A program made the position numbers and the translations under genes. Of a stretch of 64,000 bases of DNA, positions 38,325 to 52,368 are shown piece after piece. Source of the stretch: Yuukianura sp. NJ FZ-2021 (Eukaryota); assembly GCA_046563655.1 (NCBI GenBank), contig CM102286.1, positions 12,400,001-12,464,000 of the forward strand. The letters run 5' to 3'. Numbering within the stretch: position 1 is the stretch's first letter; every line of letters starts with the position of its first letter. The notes beneath the pieces were generated by a model, which saw only the letters and a program-made list of their open reading frames with translations, searched no databases and was not told the origin of the DNA.

Positions 38325-41300
38325 GTTATCATGAATGCTAAGCTATGAATCCATTCTAAACCAAATTCTGTTTTGGAGTCCTAAAATGAGGAAGCCAAAA
38401 CCAAACGACTTGTCCAAAATGTTTGAACAAAGGAAGCTTTCTAAAGCTTTCAATTATTTTCGTGGAACTGAATCAGTACAAGTTTCTGCTAAAGTTATCT
38501 CAACCATAAGAACAATAGCGCTCACTTTCACTCGCACTGTCTCAAATCCCCTTTCTCTGTATACTACTTTTCTTTAGTTCCTCAACCTAAACCTCAAAAC
38601 TTGAGGAAAAAAATTTTGAGTTGAAGCAAAAAATTAAAAACTGGAGCATAGAATTAAACTTCAGCCTAACTTTTTTTAAATTTCAGTTTTTTTCTAAAAA
38701 TTCAAAAGTGAAAGTTGAGTTAATTGGAGAATGGCAGAAGCGTTTTCTACTGCATGGGGCACTTGAAACCCTGAATCAGCGTAGGAGTTGGGAAGTACTT
38801 GTGGTCTGGAGGCTCTTCCAGAACTGACTGCGGTTCTCTTTTGGGTGCTGAGAGGCTTTTTCCCTTAGAAATTGGTTAGGTTAGGCTAGACGCCTCTTAT
38901 GCATTGGATCTGAACTCCCACCCAGAGAGAAAGGCAGGATAAAATGTAATGCAACACTTCAAGAAAAGGCGAGATCCACATGGTTTGAAAGTAAAGTGTA
39001 TGGGCAAAAGAGGGCTTTTTCAAAAAAATAGAAAAAACGTAAAAAGTTCCACGCTCTTCTTCTGTACAAAACCATAACTAAAAGTGAAGCCTTTAGTTTT
39101 TGACTTTGAAGCTCGAAAAAAAAAGTAATACTAGAATATTACGCACTCACACACATCTCCCCCACGCACATATTTTTCAATTCAATTCCACCCATAAAAA
39201 CATTGCAACCAACACTACCAACTCACTTGGAAAAGTTAGGCATAAGGAAGTGCAGCTAGGGTTGAAACTTGAGATTTTGAGGATATCCTCAACACTCAAA
39301 ATTACGAGAAGTGAAAAGAAAATTGAAACAAAAAACTTTGCTTTAAGCTTTTGTTGTCGACATTTAGCATACCACTTTCAAAATTTCTCGACATTTTGAG
39401 AATTTGCTCTTAGAAGGTTCCTAATTTCATTTTTGTCCTCACTCAAAATTGAGAACTCGAAGCGTAAACTTTCATTTTTGCCGAAAGTTTTTAGAAATCT
39501 GCTGAAAAGAAATTGAAGAAAATTGAAGTTTTAAATTTTCCAACATAAAACATTTCTCTTGCATTTCAAAATTTTGGAATTTGAGAATATCCTCTCAAAT
39601 CGAATTCTGAGTAGCCTTATGCACAAAAGACGAATCACTCCACATAAATCCAAATCTGTCTCGGAATAAAGTTTGGTTCTTTTGAATTTTGATGATGTTC
39701 CAATTGACAGTATTGTTCTTTCGCCGCTTAAACTCAAGTTTAGACTTTAGAATTTAGAATGACGTTTTCTAAATTTGCCTAGTATTCATAACCCAACGTT
39801 GAATCCTAGCCATGACTCAGTCGTTTTTCTTTTCAACTCTCTTGCACTTGCAGTATAATCCTCTAGTAATTTCCAGTTTCATTTCTTCAGAAACTACTGG
39901 AACTCTAGAAAGAAGCCCTATGTTGTGCCCTATGTTTAAAACTTTATTTCCTTCTTCCTTAGGTTCAGTTCCTGCAGCTGGAAGATGAAAAAGTAATATG
40001 ATGCATACTAAGGGCATGAAATTGAGGTCTTTCCACTAGATTTTATTTCCCATCTACAACAAAGAATTGAACTTAAAGTCCAAATCCTGCACATCCAACA
40101 CCGTCTTTCATTACTGCCAGTCACAAAAAACATGAGGCACTTCCACTTTTTTTCTAAACTAGTAAGTAGGAAGTTCGGATATGAATTCTAAGACTAGGAT
40201 GATTGCAGAGGAGGCACAAGGGCAGAAAAAGAACAAAAGGAGCCCTTCGCCAACATATGCGGAGTCTGCCATGCTGCTGTTCTTTTCTGGTCTTGTCATT
40301 CTCAAATTCCACACGTTTTACACACGCAAATATATTAATTTTCATTCAAGCCTTCCATACACACACTTTTCATAGTCCCCCAACTGGTCTGCATAACAAT
40401 TGGTGTGTTGATGAACTACAAAATTCTAAATGAACTCCGGGAAAAGCCTCATTTCAAAGGACGCTAAAAAAGAGAGCAAAAAAGCGGGAGAGAAGCAAAG
40501 GAAAAAATTTGTTTATAAGATAATTATTCTACAAAAACCTATTTTTCTTCTGCCCTCTCAACACTTTTGTTAGTTTTGAAAAAATAAATACTTTTTAGAG
40601 TTGCTTTTATAAAACTTTTTTCAAAAAGTAGTTTTGGAGCGTTCAAATGCCAAAGTGCAATGACTGTAAACAATTAAGGGAAGCAGCGGACCCGTAGTTT
40701 TACTCAAAGCGTCCCGCTCTTGAAAATTGGTTACCAAACTACTATAACTATAAAAGTAATAGCTTTATATTTTCTAGTGCTTAAGAAAACTTTGTTTCTT
40801 AAAAAAACTAGAAAGAACTGTGTTTAAAAAGGATGAAATTCTAAGTGGAGGAGCAATTCCGTTAATTCGTACTTGATTAACAGAGATAATGGGAAAAGTT
40901 TTTCTTAAAAACTTTTTTTTTTCTAGAGCGTTTTGGGTCAAGAAGGAAAGTAAAAACGCGGAAGTTTCAAGTTAAGCGACAAGCTTTGAAACAGAAACAG
41001 CGCGGGAGTTTCGGTGACTTTTTGGAAATGATTGAATTTCGTTTTGCTTAAAAGGATAAGCATGTCATTCCAAGTGAAAGCACAGCTAGAGCTCCTTGTA
41101 TGAATTATTATCAATGTGTAAACAGGGTCTGATTGGAAGTGATGCCCAGCTGAAAAGTTGTTCATCTTCATCTACCCTTCAAAAGGCCCCTTGCTAGAGA
41201 GGAGGGGGGGGGTACATCGGGTCAGGGGGGGGGGTTCGTAACCTGACACTTTTGGACGGTTAGTTATGGACTGTAACTTCTTAATGTTACATGCTTGACA

Positions 41301-44300
41301 GTTACTCTTGGACTTTCTCTGGTCGATTTGCCAGGTTATGCTATGTTCATAACAACGCAAGTCTATACTCGGATAAGTTCTTAAGTTTCCGTCCAGAAAC
41401 GTTGCGAATCGTCACGGCGAATAATTTTGAAGACATGTCAGCCGAAGGAACAGGCGAGGGGGAGACAGCTATGCTTGAATCATGGATTTTTCAGAAAAGG
41501 AAAAAAAGCGGGAAGATTTGAGTCAAGGGATGATGATGAGTTGAGGGAGGGTTGTCAGAAGAAGAGGGACGGCGACTGTTACCCGAATTCGGGTAGGGTT
41601 TGGTTCGATTAATGTAATGTAACTCCCGGTACCCCCGAACTCCCCCGTATATAAAAAAGATAAGTTTTCCATGTTTCGATGAGTCACCAATTACTTAGTA
41701 CTCTTCAACTACTTACTACTTTTACCCGGGTAGACAAAAAGCCGGGTAGTAGTGAGGGTGGGGGCGGGTTAAGGGCAAGTGGTGGGATTGCAAGGGAACA
41801 ATGCAGACCGAAATCCATTGTTTCCAGACCCTAATAAGCTTTGGGAAGGAAGATGTCAGAAGTGTGTATCTCTCACTCCTTTTGTTCAAAAGTTGAAAGT
41901 TCATTCTCCACAAAGTGATTTGAATCCGCACTTCGTGCTCAATTGTGAATTAAAAACGCAAGAGTACACATGCTAAAGTATTGGATACACAGATTTAGTG
42001 TGGAATTTCAAAAAAATAAGTTTTTTAAAAAATAACAATGTCGGTGGCTTTCAATGCTCAGTCAAGAGAAAGCTACTCTTTCACTTGTCACGTCATCATC
42101 ATTTCAAAGTGAAAGCATTGCACTCAAAAAATTTTGATTTATGATTAATTATGTTTTTCCAGAAAGAAAAGCAACTACAAATAAAAGTTTTAGCAAAAAT
42201 AAGTAGTTTTTTTTTCAAAACAAAAAGAAGTTCATTTTGACTTTCACTTGACCATGACCTTGACCTTGTCTAGGATTTTGATCATGAAAAGTTTTAAAAA
42301 TTGACAAAAGTTTCTCTTTCATTCAAAAGTGCATACTATGCCATAGGCAGTCACTTTTTCCTTTATGTTACATTTTGTACTTTTAAAAAATTCATGTCCC
42401 TGACGACATTTCGAATATTCCGGAGGGAACAACTTTCTCAACTTTCTCCAACTGACGCCGAACCAAAGAAAAATCACACTTCTGCGCATGTACTCGACTT
42501 TTACTTTGTACATTTTCAATTTGACACAACTTTTCATCTTTTGTTTCAATCTTGTGGTCAATGCAGTTGATTTTTTGGCGTTTCAATTGAAGTGAACAAC
42601 ATTGCGGTTTGCTTAAATATTCTTGATTAATCTAGTTTACTATTTTTAGTTCCTTCGTCGTCCACTTAGCCTCAGTAAATTTTGGTAAACAAAAACAGAG
42701 TTATTAAAGACAAGCTGTTGACAAAGACTGATGCGGATAGGGTTTGGGAGTGAAAGGTTTCTCATTAGTTATTCATTGAGTCATTTTCATGCACTTCCAT
42801 CATCATCAACGGATAGAACGCACGGTACTTTTTGACATCGGTCGCTTTCAAACCGTCCCCATTCATATTTCCCCCGCGTAGGCTGTTCACTAGTAGTTAC
42901 TTTCCCTACGTCTCATGATTTTTGGTCGGTAATGTCAAATGTTAGGCTATGGATGTACGGTTGGTTGACTCTGATATTTCCACATACAGTACTGCACACA
43001 CTTTCCAGTGACATTCTAGAGATGAATGTCAGTAAATCTATTATAATTATCATCAGCACCCTCACAAGCTCACATTTCACTTATTAGCTCCCTCCATTTT
43101 CCCCACACGTACTTTGCCCACCAACTTTTCAGCTTTTGTTCAAGTTCAGAAAAACTTTGGCTTTTGTAGAACTCCAAATATTTTGGGGATGTTGAAAAAG
43201 AAGCACTTATCCGGAGCTGCTAACCGTGTTAACTCTGCTGTTCTCTGCCAATGCACTCTTGTGTAACAATAGGATGATGAGAAACCATTGTGTCATTAAA
43301 GTAGGTGTATCAGGGTTTGAGCACGGGGGAAATTTGAACGTTTAATTGTTCCTGGACATGGTGGAACCAGACCTTTTGGCTTCCCACTTCCTTCCACATG
43401 TTGTTTTCAAAAAAAAATATGTTGGGGTTATGTTCCTGCTGTGGCTATTTTTTCATGTACTTTTTCAATTCCGGTAGCAACATCAGGTCAACTCCCAAAA
43501 CACAACAATAGAACTCAAAAGTAATTTCCAGTTTTTTTAGAACTTTAATTAACATAACTGTCATATGTCAACTTGGAAAAAAAAATAATGAAACTGTTTT
43601 AGCTGTCGAAAGAAAATTTACAGCAAAAAACTTACGAATACAAAAAGCAAGAAAACAAAACAGGTAATCAAAAATTACGACAGAAGTTTGGAATCGAATC
43701 CTTGTAAGGGAAAAAGTTTCGACGTGTTTGCTCGTGCTGGAGTGAAATTATTTCCACAGAACCCCCAAAATTTTGAAAATCTTGTTTTTTTCCTCAAATT
43801 TGTCGTTTTGAAACACTGATTTTGAAAAAGAAGAAGCAGGTAAACCACGAATCCAATTGAAGTTGTATCAATTTCACTTGTTTAGAAAATGAAATCTTGA
43901 GTGTCGGATTTCTTAAAAGTCGTTGCGGGAAGAATATAGTAAAAAATCTCCAATTTTTCTGAGGAGGAGCGGAATTTTTTTTTGGTCTAAAAGACATTGT
44001 TCAAAAACTAATTTGAAGAAAAGAGGTGACTTTTTTCTCTTTCTGAGAGCCGGGAGCATTGGTCCGTATCCGATTTCCAATATAATGTTGCAACACACAC
44101 TTTCCAGTTCTATTTCTTTTTTCAAAAAACAACTTCTATTTGAACGTAACGGCAAACCGAAGTGAAAGAGAAGATTATGTGACCTGACCCAAAGAAATTC
44201 ATTCATTCTTGAAACAGAAAACGGGAAAAATTTAGAAAAAAATCAGGGAAGCGTGGGGGAGACGCCATCCGCGATCGCAGTGTTACAAGTCCTCAAAAAA

Positions 44301-47300
44301 AAACTAAAATTCTAAACCATGTTTCGGTGTGCAATTCTATGAAGTGGTATACGACTACAAGTCCACAAAACTTGAAAAAATGAAAAAAAAAAAGTATGGA
44401 ACGGTAGGACGGAACTTGTATTACACTTTTCAAAAAAAGGTGATATAAATCATAGAAACGAAAAAAAAATAAGCTAACCCGAACGTACGTGTTCAGACTT
44501 TGGAGTTTGTAATTGCAATGTAACCAACCAGCAGAAGGAGCGGGACAAAAAGAAAGCTTTCCGTTTGGAATAATACGAAATGTTACAACAGCGACAGAAA
44601 GAGCTGAAGTTCCTCGTCCCTTGTCGTCCGCACTACCAGTACTGCCAGTGACTTCAAAAAAAAAAAGTTTCAAGCGAGTGGTGCTAGCTTCAGTGCTAAA
44701 AAAGTATCGTGGGTTCGAGCGCTGGCAGCAGCAGCTTCAGCGTTCTAAGAAACCATCTTGGGAGTTGGAACTGAAAAACTTGACGCTAGAAATGCTCATA
44801 AGACGAACGGCGACATTCGAACAGCAAAGCGCGCTCTGCATTTTGAAATTTTTGGGAAATGTCATGTGATTTGGGTTTTGTGTTTTAAATAAAAGGTCGG
44901 TTGTGGTACGAGAACATAAAAAGTAGAAGGAATATAAAATACAAGAACTCAAACTAACAAAAATAAATTTTGGTGGGAATTTTTGAATTTGAGTTTTTGC
45001 CGCCGTCAGTGAAAGCTCCCCATTGAGAAGTGGGGGAAGATTAGAAGGAAAGTCTTATCAGGTTTTCGGTGCTGGAGAATGCGAGTAATAAGACATAGGT
45101 TTACATTACTGTTTTCTATGTTCCTGACGGTAGAGTCATAAAACAAGGCGATAGGCAATAAGCATGCAAACTTTGTAGTTTCTACACTAACCTATTCCAG
45201 CGTACTACCCAAATATAAGACCAAACATGAATGTATGTATGTATGGAAGCAAAAGGTTTCTACCCGCCTTCGTTCAAAAATTATACCACGGCGGGTAATA
45301 CAGAAACGAGGGAAACCATGGTTAGAAAAAAAGGAAACCTTAGGAGCTCACTTTAATCTTGAAGAAATCATCATATTTCATTCACTTTCGGTATATTGTG
45401 AAAGCAAAGGTTTCCTTCTCTACTTTCCCTTGCTTAGTTTTTTGAATAAAAAAAAGAAATGCCTCCATGCCAAAGTCATTCCCGCCAAATTTTGGCCATA
45501 TTTACATCCCAGAGGAGAAAGGAAAACGTGATTCGCCAACTTATTATTTCCTTATTTCGCTTTCACTTTTGATCCCCACTTTCTACTTTCAAATTTACTG
45601 TCTCGTTGTTTATGTATGCCGCGTTTCTTCAGATTTCTAGAAGCCTTAAGGCGTCCTTGGTACCATTGGTCATGAAACAAACGTAAACCTACTCTACATA
45701 ACGTAAATCGAATGGACATCTTTCGAACCTAATGGTCATTGCTCAATATAATCTAAATAACCAAAGCAAAGCTAGAACGCTCAAGCAAGAATGAGAAATA
45801 TTGCGTAAAACATTCTAGGGAATCCGCAAAACCTGAAATTTTCCCGCTCAACGCCGTAACATAAACATCAAATACTTAATCTCAACCCGGCTCAAACTTA
45901 ATCAGAACATAAGCTAACCAGCTTAGGAATTTTCGAAATCCGAAATTCGGAACTCTTTTTTGAGTTTTCGGAAAAACGACGCGAGACAAATTTTGTAATT
46001 TGTGCTTGGATCAATGAAAGTCATAAATGTCACCGAGATTTTGAGCGAACTTGGATTTTTATGTTAACCAAAAACATAAAAAGTTTTGGTTACTAAACAA
46101 TTAAATTTTTTGAATCAAACAGGAAACTGTGTGACCAACTCGTTAACTTTTGAAACCCTAAACCTTAATCTGATTTTCATAAAAATAGAATTATGCTTTT
46201 TCTCAAAAACCTCAACTTTTCTCTATGTTTTGTGTACACACAACAATCCGCTTTCACTCACAATTTAGCCAACAGAAAGTGCAGCACGAAGAAAGTTGAG
46301 CTATAAAGGAGTCAAATCGTTAAATTACCCCTGCAGTCAACTTTGCATCGTGTCCCCAAGTATTTGTTTCATAACTATTTCCGGTTACTTGCTCTCCATG
46401 CACTCCCTTGTATAACTTTTACTTTTCAGATTTGAATTTTACCCCCTTCCAACCTTAGGTTTTTTGCTAAGACAAAACCAAAATTTTCGTTTTCTGGAAT
46501 CGGAACTAGAAAGTTCAGGTCAAAACGAATTTTTCTTTATTTGAAGCGGAAGGAGAGGCGTTTCACGTTTTTATTTTTGAACAAACAGCCTAACGATACT
46601 CAGAAAAAAAGAGTTCTAGCAACTCATGTTAGGCTTTTCACAGTGTCACTAATTTTTTTATTCAAAATTGTATCGCACATTAGCCGTATAGGCGCTAGGC
46701 GGTAGTCGAAACTTCTAAACGCAACTATGTTTCTACTCAATTTCCGATTAGGTTTTGAAGGCTTGTCAAAAAAGTCAAAACATGGGTATTGTTAAGGTTA
46801 GGACTTTCACAAAAAATAGTTCCAGTGGCAGCCTAGTCTAATGACTCTGTGCAAATTAAAGTAATCTGAATCCTATTGTTATCGTCAAATTACATGTCCA
46901 GAAGTGGGTTGGGACTTTAAACGGAAGTGTACGTAACCAGAAATTGTGAATAAATGAAACGAAATGGATGGAAAAGGCCCAAACCACGCACTTTTGTTAT
47001 TCAAAATTTTGCAGTTGCGGCGACCAAACAGCAACGCCAAATACACCATTTCCCAGTTGACTAACTTTTAGCAACTTCCATTTTCAACTATAATTATCAT
47101 GTAATAAATAATGCCTTAATTTGACCTGGCTCCTATTCTGCCATTTTGCATTTGTTGTTGTTCCTGTATTGTAATCAACAGTTTCCAGGTTTTACGCTTT
47201 CAAGATTCTGAGAATGAATTGTACAAACAAATTTACAATGGCATGACCGCATATCCTCTAACTTACACCATCCTGTTCTATTCTGAATTTTTTTATGCCT

Positions 47301-48243
47301 TGAACATGCTATTTTTTGAACAAGCTCTTGAATTACCAAAAAAGTAGTTTTTTGGATTACTAAAAATTGAAGTGAGATGTTTTCTTTTAATGTCTCGAAT
47401 GGAATATAAACAAACTACCAATACAGCCCTCCTTTCACTGAACCTATTTTACGATAACGATGTTTTTCAAAATTTGCTTAACTAACCATCTTGTGTTGTG
47501 TGTACTTTAAAAGCAATAGGGCCAGAAGGAAAGCCGTTTCCATTTATTTTCCTGCTGCTACACTACAAAATATAAACAGAAAAGAAAGTGCATACGTGCC
47601 AAAACCTTTGAACGCTTCAAAATTATTTCCCTAGGTTCGTTTTCGTTTGGTGTAAAGAGAACAAACAATACTGGCAGTGCAAGCGTTCATTTTGAGAAGA
47701 TTTTCAAAGGGATCGGTGTTAAAATTAGGTTTAGTCGATATACTTGCTTATAACTCTAGGTTTCGGCAGACAGAAGAAGCTAAGAATAGAAATTACGAAT
47801 AGTCTTTGGGATATGAGATCCAGGAAGCTCCCCGGTGAGCTTGCTTTTCGGATCTAAAAAATCTTATTCAAAACTTGCTCAGTAAGTAACGCTAAACCCT
47901 GGCATTTCACAAAAATTTGGAAGTGCTGAAAATTTTGACAAGATCTTCCGTTCATAGCTGAGTTCATAAAATTTTGAAAAGTGAATTCCAAAGTGCATTT
48001 TTTTCAACCTTGCCACCAAAATTTGGTAAAAACCGAATACTTTCATAAAAATTTTCTCGATCGTAAACTACTCGATATTGCTGCAACTTTTTTAAAAATA
48101 ATTTCCAAGATATTATACGGTTATTCAACATTCATTCATCGATTTTTTAAGTGAAGTTTTTAAATAAGTGAATCCAGAAGGATTTTGATTTGTTCAACTT
48201 TAATTTCTTTTTCTTAAATTCATATCCATTTGAAAAACGCACA

Positions 48244-51200
48244 ATGTTCGAGTACGATTTGGCAGATCGTGTTGATGACTTAATCTGCACGTTTGAAAAC
48301 GGAAATCCAGACTCTGACATGGACACAATTACAATTCTGTTAACTGGCTGGATCACGTTCCTATTCGTTTCTGTTCTACTTCTCAAATTTATTTACCGAA
48401 AGTACAAAGGGAAGGCGAAAACGAAGGAACAAGAAGGTGGGACTGAGCCACTGCTGCAAAAACAAAAGGAGCCTTCAGGCCTAAGCCCTTCAAACAAATT
48501 CAATTCACCCGCCTCACTTTCTGTCAACGGAGCCACCGAAAAACACCGTCCCACCTTTACTGCTCAATTGACATCAGACGACCAACCAGCTCAATTGGGA
48601 CCATCGCTGCTGAAACAAGGAGTCGTCAACGACAACTTCTCCGCGTCAACTCCCTTCAAAGACTTTGCATCACGGACACAAGCTGACGTAAACGATTTTG
48701 CAGCAACGTCAATTCCTGGCGTCAAAAATTTTGGGACGACGACACAAGCTGGATTCCGAGATACGTCAAATTCTGGTGTCAAAAACGCTTCATCTAGTGT
48801 CAGCGTCGTGCCAACTTTAAAATGCAGCGGTCCATCTACCGCCATTGTTGAATTTGTGACAGCCGCTCACAAATGGTTGTACGTGGACGGAGCAAGGCGG
48901 GACAAGATTTCGAAGCATGTCAACGACCTATTTCTCAAATCGGTGAATAAGATTTTCCATGGGATTCCACACGAGGTTTGCAAAAAATAAAATTTTGAAA
49001 CTTTTTTTCAAGTATCCTGCGTTGCCAAAAGCCCTTCCACCCCCAACCTAATTTTTCATGGTTATCTCCCTAGTTCCAAATGCCCATAAATCCAACAAGG
49101 TCACGAACACCCTTTCAGGTTTTCGGTTTTAAAGCCGCAGCTGGAATCCAACTTCGTTCTCTCTCAGTTCCTAAAACTAACTTAGTTTATTCAAAATTTT
49201 GAAAAAAAAAATCAACTTGAATAGTGTTCTCATTTTTCGCATTTTGCAGGACACTTTTGTGGCAACTGTAGACGACTTGTCACTCTCCAATGATTTATCA
49301 CTCCGCAACCTCTTTGCAGAGTATGAAGGAACTGCAATAGTAAGTTTTCAAAAAAAAAATGAATTCCAGGAAAAATTTCAAAATTACAACAACAATGAAA
49401 GTGAAACAAGCTTTGAACAAAACTTTAACAAAATTGGTTGAATTTGATGTTTTTCAACAGAAAATTACTTGCGATTGCCAGGCAAAGTTTGCTGGTCACT
49501 TGTCTCTGTCACCTCAGTCGTCTGGACAAGATGAAAGGCACTACGAGTTTATCGTCAATCGATTTATCGGTCGTCTAAAATTTTTAGTTCAGCCACAAGG
49601 TAATGCCGTAACGTTCAAATTTGATGGATGGCCAGAAATATGCCTGTCAATTGCCAATACATCAAAAGAAGCCGGGCGTCTCGATCCAAAATTTTCGGAA
49701 ATAATTACAAGCAAACTCTCCTCGGCTCTAAGAAATGCAACAGTTGAAATACATTTGGACGAACTCGAAAATTTTCCAGATTTACCCAAGGCTCCATCCA
49801 AAGCGTCCAGAAAAGTATGTTTGCCTACAAAAAGTTGCGATTTGGATGCAATGCTAGCAGAGTCGAATTTAATGTTAGGTTTTGAGCATTTAAAATTTTT
49901 ATGGACACTTTTTAATTTTATGTCTCCAGGAAACGCAGTACCTCCGCATCCAATTAAATGGTGGAGTTGACATCGCTCTGCACAAAGACTGTGACAGTGC
50001 CTACTGTGTCATAGAACTTGATGACCCAGCACAAAAGTTTCAGTCACGTCCCAAAAATTTGCCAAATCCAATCTGGAACGAATCCTTCGTCCTGTAAGTT
50101 TTTTTTTCAACTTGCCAAAAGTTTATATACTGTTTTCGGTCTGAAATGGCTTGCATCTGCACTTTCACCTTTCTCTGATAAAAAAAACGTGTTTTTATTG
50201 TCATCCAGAGTTTCAAGTGTTTTTTCTTCGTATTTTCTTCCATGATAGAAATACCGGAACTGACGGAGATGCAGAACTTTTGTTTGAAGTCTACAGTTCC
50301 ATTGGAGGAACTTTTTTGGGATGTCATTTTGTATCTGTCGATGAGATCGTGGATGGTAAAACTGAAATTCTTAGACTCAAATCAAGAAGAGTCAAAGTTG
50401 CTGAAAATATAACTGGAACGATTGAAGTTGTGGTAAGAAAAATTTCGAAAAAATTTTGGAAACATTGATATTCTTTGTCACACAATTTTTAGAAAGTAAA
50501 TGAGATTTTTTGAAATGATAACTTTTTCTTTCTGACAAATTTTTCTTTGATTGAACTTTTTTGTATAATCCAGTTTACGTTCATAAACGAAAGGGAAGCA
50601 ACGAACTACATTGCACAAGAGGTCAACAAGGTCATTGGAAAACGTGAGCAAACGCAACCTGGATTCGATCCTACATCTTCAGTGAAAGTAATTCCTGTTT
50701 CCGATGGAGATTTTCTAATGTCCGAAGTCACGCCACCGGTAACTCATGCTTTTCTTTACACTTTCCTTTTTCAAATTACCGGAAACTCAAAACTTAAATT
50801 TCAAAAAAAAATTCTTCTAAAGGTCAGGCCACCAAGACATTCAAAACTAGAAGATCAGTATGGTGAAGGCAAGTTTAAAAAACCTGCCTATAATTAACAT
50901 TTTTATTTCGCGTCTCAGATTAGAATCATAAATATTTTCATGTTTCAAGTTTGAATTTTTTTAAAGAACGTGGAAGAAGAAGAACTCGACGCGGAGACGT
51001 TTTCACGTCAATTCGACGCCGATTTTCCAAAGAGCGGTCAAAGTCTGTAGCACATCCGGATCCACTTTCACCGGACATGGATGATCGCTCTACTCGGTCA
51101 TTATCAGTGGACCGACCAGCGGTTCGTGCTGCACCGCTCGGTTCAGATTCAACGAGCTCCTCAGCCTCTGAACTTTCACAACACAGTAATCAATCCACGA

Positions 51201-51933
51201 CAACATTTATGCATGAGAGTTCAACACTACTCATCCAATGTACTGAAAATGGTGTCAAAAGGTACGTGCAAATCTTTTACAAAACTGAAATTTGCAAACC
51301 CATGTTAGTTTTTCTTTTACTAAAAATTTGTTTGCACGAACGCTATAATTTATAGATACTACTTACTCCCGCCTGAAGAACTGGCTAGTGGAAAATGGAG
51401 AAATGGAAAAAAATTACACATTTTCAACGATCACACATTCGTAGCCAAACGAATTCAAAGGTAAAAATTTGCTTTGGGATTTTTATTTTTACTATACGTT
51501 TTTTCGTTTCTTTGAAATGTCGTGCCGAAAGGTAAATTGAGTCCAAAATATTTCTGGAAGGCTTACTACTTCCAGTGGGTTTGAACTATTTTCTAGGTTG
51601 TAGTAAAAGTAACGCTAATTAATAAATGACTAATTGTGAAATTTCGTGTTTCGTAGTGGCCTCTCATGCACAGTATGTTTTGGACGATTTCCCTTTAGTT
51701 TGAGGAAACAAGGCTACCAGTGTCGAGATTGTCGATTAATTTCCCACAAGGAGTGCCATATCAGAATTCCAACATTTTGTGTCAAATCCAAAATTTACGA
51801 CATTGACGTGTAAGTTTTCTCTATTTTTGGCAAAGTTTTCTCAAACTTTCCAAAACGGTGCTCTATATAATTTCTTTCATCAAAGTCAACAAAAGTTAAT
51901 TGAGTTTTACTTTTTTACAGAATTACAGTTTAA
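48244..51933 (+). CDS. C2CD2/TMEM24-type (Drosophila CG10737-like) protein: N-terminal TM, SMP-like, C2, basic region and C1 domain, ~766 aa; exons 48244-48975, 49250-49339, 49461-49814, 49930-50093, 50249-50432, 50574-50738, 50823-50868, 50967-51261, 51356-51460, 51657-51809, 51921-51933
   Basis: N-terminus DLADRVDDLICTFE..MDTITILLTGW + TM; KFDGWPEI; C2 YCVIELDDPAQKFQS..NPIWNESF; ERGRRR..RRRFSKERSKS; C1 HTF..CTVC..KQGYQCRDC..HKEC..C. The frame of the last exon is ambiguous (alternative stop 51968). Confidence 0.82.
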
Positions 51934-52368
51934 TTGATCCAGACGAAGTCAACACGACAACCAAATAGAAAGCGGCATCAAAGCTGAATTTACCCAAAAA
52001 AAAAATGACAAACTAAATTGAACCTGAATTTTGATTTTTCGATGCTTCTTGAAAATAAAAACTTTGTTTCTTTTTCATTCTTAGACATTTCATACTTAGT
52101 GACAAATCTGAACAAAGATGAATTCATTAAAAAAGATTGTCATAGTGACACGATGTGACCCACATCAAAATTGTTTGAGTTGAGCAAACATATTCAATGT
52201 CTATCGTAGTTTTTCCAAAACCGAGGCACAAAATTCAAAATTTGCAGAAGTGGGCCGTGTCTGCGCAGTCGCTCGTCAGACGTTTTCATTTTATCATCGC
52301 CATTCTTGCTGACTTTCGGATTTGAATCTATCGTTGTACAAAGTTTTTCATTTCTGTACGTTAAACCA

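Noticed and set aside
30525..38890. Scattered CCTAA/TTAGG words (e.g. 30530, 37889, 38874) as interstitial telomeric arrays
   Set aside because: At most 2-3 units and degenerate; too short to call arrays
19300..48000. Many 60-126 aa ORFs from the six-frame track inside beat introns and the upstream region
   Set aside because: Mostly TTG/GTG starts, F/K/L-rich composition typical of AT-rich non-coding DNA, no recognisable domains or phase-consistent exon chains beyond the beat exons
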